NCBI RefSeq assembly: GCF_964204865.1
Contig: NC_135252.1
Location: 12,958,001 to 13,022,000, forward strand
From: Styela clava
Taxonomy: Eukaryota
Reading direction: 5' to 3'
DNA: 64,000 nucleotides
Each line of letters opens with the position of its first letter. The stretch's first letter is position 1. The notes beneath the pieces were generated by a model. It made no database searches. It saw only the letters and a program-made list of their open reading frames with translations, and was not told the origin of the DNA. A program made the translations under genes and the position numbers. Shown here piece by piece: positions 35,416 through 47,300 of the stretch.

Positions 35416-38400
35416 AAAATACTTAAAACTGCACTTGAAAGCAGTGCAAATTTTCATTCAATTAAACTAAGTCACCGTTACTAATAAACTACGTGTTACA
35501 GTTTGGCGTAGGCACACATCTTCCAATATACCTGGAAATAATCAACGAAAAATACCTTTTGATTCTTTGGTGAAATATTGAAAATGAAATCTTGAGGAAT
35601 TCTGATATTGAGGATGCAGCATTGATCTTTAACTCCTAATAATCTTTACTTTATCGTATTATTGCAAAGTTTTTCAATATTTTGAAATCATTATTTTGTT
35701 GAGAAACGTTTAAGTAACTGCGATAAATGAGTACCAACAAGTTGTAACAACTATTTTAGCCTAGTTTATCTGTAGATTCATGGCCTTTTTAAATTGCTGC
35801 AACATTTTTAAAGATATATTAACAGATTTGTTGGATTTTTTCCTTGCTGGACACGAAGCTGATCCTTGGATCACTTTGCTCAATCGTTATCGTTGTTGGT
35901 CTTGTTCTAGGTGATTGTAGCTGTTAGGCAAAAAATCACTTTTCTCAGCAAATTTTCAGTATAAATATATATATTTAAAGTTAATCGTTTTTAATTTAAT
36001 TAGAATTTGTATGTCAACTTTAATAGAAATACATTATTGCGTACAGTGAGACAAATGCGCGTAAGCGTTTAACGTCATTATGAGTGCAACATAAACAATT
36101 TTTATTTTTGGTATTATTGCCTCAACGTTTCTCATGAACTATCAGCGCGTCAAACTGATAAAATCATCCATTGCAATAACGACGTTAATCCTGAAAGGCA
36201 CTCGCGTATTACGTTCAAACAAAATGGAAATATTTAGATCGGTCCAAAGTTTCTGATTTTCATCCTTCGTTGACAAAAAGTCTTATTCGTCAGTGCTATT
36301 TCGCAAAATTTCAAATTTTATGACTGTTTTGGTCATACTGACAGAACAAATAACAACAGCAAAACCAACATATAATAAGGCAATAACAAAGTTGGAATGT
36401 AGATTGAACATAATGGCATAGGATGAAAAAATAGTTTTTAATTAATTTTAGATGTGTAGATTATAGAAAAAACTCAACTTCATATAAAGAACTCAATATT
36501 TAAATGTAATGCAATCCAAATGAACTTACGGTGGATTTGTAATATCACTACAATCGCGATCACTCCATTAAATATTGTGGCTTTCGCATGTGCCTTTTGA
36601 TCATACTTTTATGACAGAACACCCATGAATATGAAATCGTAATCTTGTTTACCGTAACTTTCACTAAAGCCGACGCTAGACTATTATTGCGTCACCAATG
36701 TTAACGTCGTCTGTGATTTCGAATTCGTGGAACGTTTTACTACATACAAATCTTGGCAGAAATTGAGTTATAGTTATTGCATGTATCGATGTATATGTCT
36801 ATGTTTCCTCTGTTGTCAGACGACGAATACCACTCTAACGCCTGCACCGATCCCCCAGTCTGTCCGACACACGTTAACGAGGCAATGTCTTTATTGTCAA
36901 TAATACAGTAGAATGATCCAACCGGATAGCATAAAAATCAGTAATATTCAGTAGCTCATATACTAATTCTCAATAGATGAAAATGTACTAATCAAGTATG
37001 GAACATAGATAAATTATATTAAAACTGGTTTGTCATTAAGAATTGTCATTAATTACTTCCACTAGCAAAACTTGTTTGGCGGTTTATAATTTTAGAAAAT
37101 CTGATTTTACTGGGTTTACGACGATTCATATTATTATTTTGAAAAATAGCAGTAAAATTTAACTAAAATACCAAGATTAACCGATGAGATTTTATGGAAT
37201 CCTATTGACACAAGATTCATCTGCATTGAATGTTGAAACATGAGGTAGGCTAGGCTTCGACAATCTTTTTCATATACCTTCCGGCAGAAAATGGTTTGAC
37301 GCTTTAAAAGTAAAAGTGTTTCAATACAAGCCAGAAGTGAACTCGTCACGAACCGGCACTGCCGCGCTCGGTGGTTGCCGATCAATGATCTAGTCATTTT
37401 AAGTACCTTATGCGGAGCGTACTGTTGCTAGTGATTGCGTGTTGACAAAGGTTGCCAAATAGTCTTATAGTGACAATAAAAAGTCTAATAAAATAAAATT
37501 ATATAAAATATATTATGAAAAATAAAATATAAATAAAATACTAGTATATATAATAATAACCCATTGTTGTCATGAACGTAAATTAATTTTGTCAGAATTA
37601 CTCTGCACGACATGACTTCGACTAGGATGACACGCATGTTTGGAAGACATGTATACAACAAGATATGCGTACCTTGCGTTGTAGATAAGAATCAATCAAT
37701 CAAGCTGATGAATCATATTTCATAAATAATCAACATCAATTTAATATTTTGAATGATTCATGATTTTGTTGCTATATACACAAAACTAAAACGGTTTATT
37801 TGAGTTACAAAGACTAATTGCCAAATTGCGATTTTTGGACACATCTTTACTCCAAATCGCTTATATATGACGTATAATCTTATCTTAATTAAAAAGTTGC
37901 ATAGATACTGCTAACGTCATTTCATGTTTATGGAAACAGTCTAAATCTGATCAACACTCGTTATCTATCGAAAGACGGTCAGAAGAAACGAACAAACTGT
38001 TTTTTTTTTATTGCGAATATGGCAATCATTCTTACCAGTTGAAATTTGATTTGAACATTGTTTTGCTTTACTTGAGAGTACGATATTGATAACTTCATTA
38101 TTCCAAGATAAAACACATTTTGACTATCTTAATTTTTCATTTTTTTTAATTCATAAAATCAAAAAAAATATTAGAATTCATTTCAACGCTATGATATGAT
38201 TTCATGCAACTGCCAATTAAATATTTTAGATGTTTATTTTTTTTTATAAAATAGTTTGTATTGACAAAATTTCTAAAATTCCCTCAAACACCGATTATCT
38301 GAATTTGATATATAGAATGTATATATTGTCAATAGCATTTTCTGAAGCATCTGTAACCTTCTAAAAATGTAATGGATACAAAATCGTACGAAATTTAATC

Positions 38401-40830
38401 TTAATCATAAAGTTAAGTTGGTACTGAAAATTTACAAAACCCTTTTTCGTTGACGATTATCTGGTTGTTGGATTAAAATTGATTATAGATGTGCGTTGGG
38501 TGTAATGCAAATATATATTAGTAAGTAATTCGATTGAAAATGAAACTATATTAAAAATGTGTGAAATACATTATTTTACGTTAAACTACGGCAAGGACCA
38601 GGCAAATGTATTCTTTTTGTATTGTCCAACTGTTCCAAGGCCTTCTGAACCTATAACTAGCGTTAGAATGAAAAAAACATGGATTGTGTAACAACTTTTC
38701 AGCAAAAGTTGCTTGGAAACAAAGTACTTGAACCGCAGTTTTGCCACATTCTACCGGTTTTGACTCTTTTAGTTGAAGTAGGTTCTTTTTAACATTATGT
38801 TAAAGAATGTCGCACGCATGCCAGATTATCATATGCCGTGGGCAAACTTAAATAATTTCTTACGTGGATTACTTGAATATGAGAACATGAACCGGTTTCA
38901 CAAGACAAACTGCATGTTGCAATAGATTTACGACAAGTTGTTATTGATTTTAAATATGCTCATTATAAATATGTGACATTATCAACCCTACAATTTACAA
39001 GTACAGAAGTTTTGTCGATAGTTCTGAAACAGATATCAATAGATTTCACAAATAGCATGAAACTATTTAAAGTAATTTTCAGAAAAATAAAAAAAACAAG
39101 GAAGATTTGGAACATTTAATAAATGAGTGATGATAACATGATAAGCGTGATGCATAAGCGTTTAGTATCAATTTAGAAGCAAAATAAAATTTACCACGCT
39201 CTGTTCCAAATTTTATTTTTTTCTTTGATAAATGACAATTACCATGTTTTTTATTTACAACCTTTTTGATGTAGAATAAATACATGATACTTGAAAACAT
39301 GACAATCAAATGTTTAATTTATAAAACATCACCGTTAATCAACCAATTTGTTCGTTAGATAGGTGAAAATTATTTAAAAGGTCGTGTATAATTAATGAAG
39401 TAATGCGAGTTTCTCCAAATTACAAATTTCTTTTTCTTTGAATTAGTTGAGGCAATAAATGTCATCATTCAAAATTAACGCTTGGAAATAACCACTTCTC
39501 GTTAAGCTGGTGTAGTATACCGACAGCTTCATTGAACGCGGAAAAAAGCGACTAGACAGCTTCGTGTATGCTGCTGATGCAATAAGCGGATAGAAAATAA
39601 CCTGAATTACAACCAAAAAATGAAAAATATCTCAGAAACTTCGTATTAATGATTTTTGATGCTCTTTATATTCAATTATCGCGATAGGTAGATCATAGAA
39701 TATAAAATAAAACAGACTGAGTATATTATTGTGGATTCCATTTTGTTCTATAACGCATGATGAACGGATTATACTCATTCAAATTTCATATTAAATTATC
39801 CTGATACCATTGCAGCCTATTTCGATTCCAAGTTTTATCTTTTCTGCATCTTGAAAAATATAAATCATATAAATCGAGTAATTTTTTTTTAAACAGTACG
39901 CAATCGGGACAAAGCGGAGCATGTTACATTTCATTCGTTATATACCAAGCAATTTTGGCATGTGAAATCGTAAACTAAAGATTACTAATATTGACTAAAA
40001 ATTGAGAATATATTTTCAGATCATATATAAATATATATATAAGTTACGAAATGTATAAAGGACATACCGCTCATCGTAACAACCAATAGAAAGGGCCTAA
40101 GTGTTTAAGGTGGAAATACCATGATATCGTTAGCACTGCGGCTTGATGACAACGTTGCGAAACACGTATACGTGCATACGTAATTTATTTCGTAATGAAA
40201 ATTTAACAATTAAAATATGTGAACAAATTTTTAATCCATGGTTGTAAACTCGACAAATACTAAAGAGATTTGCATAGACTTTTGTTCGTTTTTTCAAATA
40301 CCAAGGTTACATATTAGTAAAATGAACATTATAAAATATAGAAATATAAAATGAGATTCTTAAAAGACCTTATTGTATGGTAATTATAAGAAGTAAAAAA
40401 TTGATGTTTATTTCGTTACTGGTTTAGATGAAAGAAAATATATATCAAATGTTTATAAAAATTTTTATCGCATCGAACAAGTTTTTTTTGATATTGAAAA
40501 CCATTTAGCCTGAGGTATGGAATATGCAGACACAGCGCATGATACGAACGTGACGTTGTCGTGTTCAACGGTGAAAAATAGACTAAATAAATTTGGGTAA
40601 TAAAATGATATATATATCTTACAAAAAATGGTTTATCTTACCATTTTATACAAGTAAATAGATTCACGGTATTTGAATAATAATTTATAACAGCATGACA
40701 ACATTTATCGCCATGATAGTGAATTTTGCGTAAATTTGTATATATTTTTAACAGCATGAAATGACCTAAAGCGTCATCGTTATCCGAACTGCGTTTTTCT
40801 TTATAATTTTTTTTGTCATCATTGACAGGA

Positions 40831-40836
40831 TATAAA
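40831..40836 (+). promoter_or_regulatory. Putative TATA box of the Ly6-like gene
   Basis: TATAAA about 50 nt upstream of the ATG at 40886. Confidence 0.5.
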
Positions 40837-40885
40837 GTCTCCATCAAAGCTGTATTTCTATTCGTTCGTTTGAAAATCAAAAAGG

Positions 40886-41537
40886 ATGAAGCTGTATTTA
40901 TTGTTGTCCATTCTTCTGTTTTCCGGCATCGCCGTTTATGCACAAGGTAAGAGTCGTATTTTTTGACCAGATAAATGCCTAAAATTCAACTATTTTTCCT
41001 ACAAGGATTGATATACAATTAAAAGTCCATGATGTATTGATAATACTGCAAACTATACGCGAAACGCGTGAAAATACGATATCTAATAAGATTTTTGAAC
41101 TAGCTACATTTTATTAAGTAATTGTATGATATTAACTAATTGAAATTTGAAAATCAGCAAAAAAACAAACAAACTAGCAATCGTGTTAATAGTCTAACAT
41201 TTTAGTTTGCATTTTATCACTCGTGAATCGCATTTCAGTTGTAGTAGTCTACATGCATAACGCTCGATTTGAAACAAACAAAGTTATATTTTACAGAAGG
41301 AGGAGAAGAAGAGGAAGCGGTAGTGGATGAAGGTGGCGAAGAGGTAGCGGTTGAAGGAGGCGAAGAGGTCGTTGAAGAAGAACAACCAACTCAGCAGCCC
41401 GCCCCAGCATCTAGTATTGCTTGCGTAGTGGGTGCAACAGTGGACGGCATTGGCAACGAGACACGTGAGGAATGTCCTGCCAGTGACGTAAGATTCATTG
41501 TGTTTGCGACATACCTAAAGTGTATTGTAGTTTTATG

Positions 41538-41569
<32 letters not shown>

Positions 41570-42785
41570 CTACTCTTGTCCATTTATGTTCTATATCATT
41601 TTCAAGATATTCATCAACATGAAGCCTTAGCCTTACCAGTGAAGCAACACATTTTAGGCGGCGGAATGACGATATTTGGATAGCATAAAATGTACTTTTT
41701 CAAACTTGCAGACCAGTGATGTTTCATATAGCGTCCTAATATCAGACGCGAACTTCCAATTCTGAAGTTGCGAGTGGTCATGACAAACTAATATGCTTGT
41801 TCTAAAGTATAAACCAATGAAGCAAATAAGCTTTTGCAAATGAAGACGGTACTTCAACCATTTCTAATAATCATATTTTACTGTGAATTTATCAGCGTAA
41901 ACTTGGAGGGGGCTGACTTCGATGACCGCATGGTCGTAAGCAAATAAGCTTTTGCAAATGAAGACGGTACTTCAACCATTTCTAATAATCATATTTTACT
42001 GTGAATTTATCAGCGTAAACTTGGAGGGGGATGACTTCGATGACCGCATGGTCGTATCGCTCCTTCCAGTCTATACCGAAAAAAGCGTACTTTTTTATAG
42101 CCATTATTTATTTATTATTACGACTGTTTTTTTCTGGTTGACGAAATAAATCTCTCTCTCTCTCTCTAGGACTAGGAAACAAAACGAAAAACTTATTTTT
42201 TAAAACAGACCTCTAAATTTTTTTTCTCATGTTTTAACATTTCGTATAATGGCTTTTTTTGATTCAACAGGATGTTTGTCAGACCAAGATTGAATTGAGG
42301 GACGGTCTAAAATTTGTTTACAAAGAGTGTAAAACAGCTCTATCTTGTAGAAACAACAGAAAACAAAATAAAAAGGAATGCTTATCAGAAGATGCTAGGA
42401 ATAAGAGGGTATGTATACGATCTGCGGAGACGTGTTTGAGCTTAGACCTATCGAATGAACGAAGTGGATAATTAGATATACGACTAATAACGCGGGGCAC
42501 CATCACCTTTCGAGTGTTCCCTTTTGCACAAGGAGATAGTTCACCCAGATCTTGGCGTCGTTCATCGAATATGAAGTTCCTAATTCACAGAAAATGATTA
42601 AGGTTTACCTCTAATGGAGCCAAAAAGCTGAAATCACCAATGATTGTAGCGACGATTAAAAATCTCACTTTTTGTTTAAGGTTCTGATCTGCGTCAAATG
42701 CTGTAGAACAGACGAATGCAACTCAAACGAGGACTTACCAGCTGGAGCATCTCTTCCGGTACTGGACGACGAAGAAGAAACATAA
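40886..42785 (+). CDS. Secreted Ly6/uPAR (three-finger)-like protein with acidic termini, 4 exons (40886-40946, 41297-41487, 42271-42408, 42681-42785), 164 aa
   Basis: Signal peptide MKLYLLLSILLFSGIAVYA; Glu-rich arm; 10 Cys ending in CVKCCRTDECN (LU CCxxxxCN signature); tail LDDEEET* with no GPI signal; phases 1,0,0. Confidence 0.85.
41820..42055. repeat. Near-perfect 118-bp tandem duplication in Ly6 intron 2
   Basis: aagcaaataagcttttgc starts at 41820 and 41938. I see one mismatch (ggct/ggat). Confidence 0.95.
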
Positions 42786-44348
42786 TTTGCATTTTTGCTG
42801 TACTCCAAATAAAGTCACTAGAAATCATGATTGTGTCAAATGCATCGTATTTATAAAATACTTTTTAAGATTTGTCAATATAATTTGGAAGAGGCAAAAT
42901 TTGTGTTATCGGAATATATTTGAACAAACTCAATATTCAAGTTGCAATAAATCTCAATATTTTCGGCGACATATCCCATTGCCTCGGATCTCTTTACAAG
43001 TGTGTAGCCATCCATTGTTTTGTATGACGTAATACAACGCTTCGAACACGGATGAAAGTGGCCACCGATATCTAACAATATCTTAAAGAGTTGCTCTACA
43101 TACGTATTTCGCTGTGAATATTATACGAGCCATATAGGCGCGCAGTTTCATCTATCTTGTTTGGTTCATTTAGTGAAATGATTATTGATAGCAGACCAGA
43201 AAACGTCCGATTTTCAGTAAATCGTTCAAGAATAGACCAAAATGGTGTTGGCGAACTAATGAATCTATTTCTTAATACAAATGTAGCAAAATTGCATTTA
43301 AAAAAGTTTTGAAAATTTTAGGCTACGCCCATGATCTCTTAGACTTTTATACGAGAACCGGCTGAATTATAAACACTGAAGTCTGGAATGGGATATGAAT
43401 GTTGGGTTCATGCCAGTCTCAACGTGGTTAGAATAACCGCCGATCGTTACAGGTCAAATCATCTAATTCTAAGGTATTATTTCCATACTGGAAATCGGAT
43501 AACGGGCTGTGCTACACTATCCTATTTAATGGGTTTCTCTACCGATTGAATAAGGAAATCCTATGCTATATCGGCGGAATATTTTCCCACATCGAAACGT
43601 CTATTCAATCAGTTTTATATTCGAGAAACAGACCCCAATCATACAAGCCCATCGGGGACCGATGCGGTTATCTTGGAGTCACTATTATTCACACGCACTA
43701 TAAACCAGACATTCACTGTTTCAATACTCATTTTACATACTCATCCCGGACATCTGTTGCTGTCTGTCTGACACACATCTGTTGCTGCCTATCTAAAATA
43801 CTGGTTGATTAACAAGATAAAGTCATCAACTGATATCTCGCGCTAAAGCTTTTAGTCGATCAAAAAAAAATAATAAAAACAGTAAAATTTTCTGATGAGA
43901 ATGGGGTGGTATACTATTAGGAAAATCATTAATCTTTGTTGGAGATAGATGAAAATAAGATGATTTGATAAATCATGACAATAACAGACTTCAGTGTGCT
44001 CACTTCTCAAGAGACGAAAAGAGCTAGAAGATTGGGTTGCATGAATACGCACAGGATAAAAGCAATTCATAGTGAAATGCAAGTCAAAAAAGTTGGATTG
44101 AATTTTGCACTGCCAACCTTTAAACTCACATACTTTAAGTTGAGAATATTCGCATAATTTGAGCTGATATTTAACTAACTGAAGCCTAAAAAACGTAAAC
44201 TACTGCGCACACAAAAAATACTTGAATCTTTAAAATTGTGAAGCATATCAGAGTCTCCGACATACGTCCCTGACCATCACACCACGAAAAACATTGTTAT
44301 GCAGAATGTTGACAAATGAATGCATTTCAATACATCCAACTTGATCTT

Positions 44349-47300
44349 TCACCATCTGCCACGTCCTCTGGAAAATCTTCCATATCCTCTACCACCTCGT
44401 GGACCACCACAAAATCCACCTCCACGAAATCCCCCAAAACCTCCGCCCCCACGTCCTCCATAAAAACCACCTCCCTGAAAATCAAACATTTGCAGGTGTT
44501 GTACTGAAACGTATTGAAACAATTCACACAAATCGAGAGAGAGTATTCTAAGAATTACCGTAATGAAGAAATATTGAATACACAATGATAGCATATGGTC
44601 AATCAGAAGAATAAAATTCTGGATTAGATTGTACCTACCCGTGGAGGACCACCATAAAACCCACGTCCACCTCTGAATCCTCTTCCACCACGAAATATCT
44701 TATGTGGTGCACCATCTGGCCGAAAACTGGAAAATTAATTAGAAAACTTAAACCAATGCACGATTATACCCCATAAGAATGCAGTTGGTGTTCTGATATT
44801 CAGATCTGGTGTTCGAAATGTTGTCCCAGGTTTGAACAAAGAATGAGTTGTTTAAAGCCACATATGCTGGAAACACTCATTTAATAATCGTTAATCGGCG
44901 TTCCATGATGAGCTTAATAGCATACCAGGGTTCCACATAGATAAAAAGGGTTGGAATGCACTGGTATATGGTTTGGATTTTCAATTTTTGAGACGGGCAT
45001 ATCTATCAAATGGTCAATTACTGGAGGGCTACTTAATGTTGTATTCCATTGTACAATATGGCAGGGCAATATGACACTTACCTGTGCAATGCCTCTTGCG
45101 GATCCACTTTACTTCCAGCTGCAGTTGCTTTTGATAATTCTCGAACAATATCCATCATTTCTGCTTCAGCTGGAGGAGGACTAGCGATGGACTCTGGTTC
45201 TGAAGTGGAACGAACTATTAATCCTTCAAGTGCTGTCCTTAAAGCAACGCAACTAGCAGCCGCATCCAATGGCATACGAAGACGAATCCTGACAAAATAT
45301 TAAATATAAGAAATCCAGCTCATGTCACCTAAAGAGTTGATTATAAACATGACTAGGCGTTTGGCAATTTGCACTAAGTGATAGGAATCTGCTCGCTATC
45401 TGCAACCCTGATTACCTTGCGTCAGTTCCTGTGGGGCATAATTATGTAAAAGACAATTGCTGGACTTTTCGCCGCTGTAGGCTGGTTCACAAAACCTCTG
45501 GTCGGTTACGGCTTTCTCCACCATCAAGCCCATGCATCTGAAACATATAACTGGCCAACTAATCCCATACCCAGCAGTGACTGGTAACCAGACGAAATAC
45601 GAGACAATATGGTTCGTCATATGATGAAGTCGTATTATGGGCTTCCCTCTTTGGCTAAAACTCCTATCCTATCATAAAAATGTTTTGGGCAATAGCATTG
45701 TCAATAGAAATTACTTATTTGGAATCCATTTTTTGCCCAAAACATGTGTATTATTACTTAAAACAATTTATATCGTTCTTTGAGATTGTCGAACCAGATT
45801 CGACTAGTGAACGAAGAAATTATTGAGTACCGGTAAGTAAAATATTTAAAACACAACAAAATCTCACCAATCATCTATTTTAACAAATTCTTCATGAGCA
45901 GTTACTTGACTTGAACTAAATATTAGAAGCTGTAATGGTGTCACCATCGTCATTTGTTTTGCACTCACTGCTCTAGTTCGAATCTAGGAACAAGGAAACT
46001 ATAATAGTGATGTAGATGACTAGATGTAAAATTCTTCATTTGTAAGAAAACACTTGAGGTTGAGAAAATAGGATTTGTAGGGTCTCGAGAAAAAAATTGC
46101 TTTTTGAACAATTGAAATAGATAATGAATCAGTTGAAATATAATTTTGACACCTAACAAATGTCGGGGATCCAACTAAAAAATTGTATTCGCTATGCCTA
46201 TAAAGATCAAAATATAAGAACACCAGTTACCTTTTCTCCAAAAACAAAGAAGGGAGATGGGAAAGTGCAATCTTTGTTTCCGAATGGACAATTGACTGAT
46301 GATTTATGTATCAGAGCAGCTCTGGATTCACACAAAACCTGAAAAAATGGAACACAGTTTCGAATTTCAAATTTTACGCAAACTATTTTATTAAAATCAA
46401 CTAATGAATACTGTTACATACCTTTCTCTTTTCTTTATGAATGCACACATTTGGATAAACACCAACACATAGAAGTGATATCACAATGTCCAGTTTCGTA
46501 TCTTCACCATTAAAGTTAAAGAAATGATGTTGAAGACATTCTTCCGGAAAGCCCTGTGAGAATGCAGAAGAATTAGATAGAGAAGGTAGAGACAAAGTGT
46601 CATGTATCAAAACTAATAATTACAGAACAAGAAATTTAAAGGCTTCTTTCTCTCAGTAAGGCATTGGGAGTATTCCGGACAGGCTGTCAGATAGGTCATG
46701 GCTAAGTAAGTTAAATATATTTTTGCTACTCTTTGTCAGAAATTGCAACTTTTATAATTTAATACTTCGTTAATGAGAATATCTCTGAGTTGATTCTTAG
46801 CTTCTGATGTCATTCGAAGTGTTGTCATAGTAATTTGTTTTCTTTCACAAAAGTCTTTCTCTTGATCTTCTCCCCTCATACTGAACAAGATTACAACCAA
46901 AGTAAAAGAAAAGTAAATTGCATTTGGAGATGGAAAATCATACTGTGGAATACCAATATCAGTATGGCGACTTGAAGTTATGACCTAAATTTGTCGCATA
47001 CTTGACTGGCCCTGGCTGTGCAAAATGTTAGGAACGGATTTCCATAACTGACATGGACAGGTGAGCGGGGAACATGGTCTTTTTTCCTCAAGATAAAAAT
47101 CCTATGTTATTTGGTTGCACCACTCATAAACGTCGCTTACCCTTTCTGGCATATGATAATAATAAATTAATTAAATATATCAGTAAATTAAAACTCATCT
47201 TTTACCTTGCACTTTCCCATGCATTAAAGCAAGATAATAAAGCTACGTGATCGGAAAATCTTTCTCCAGCAAAGTCACGATGCTTCCAACTCAATCTTTT

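Noticed and set aside
44316-44527. Ser/Thr-rich and Val/Glu-rich ORFs
   Set aside because: Alternative frames of the DHX9 RGG exon.
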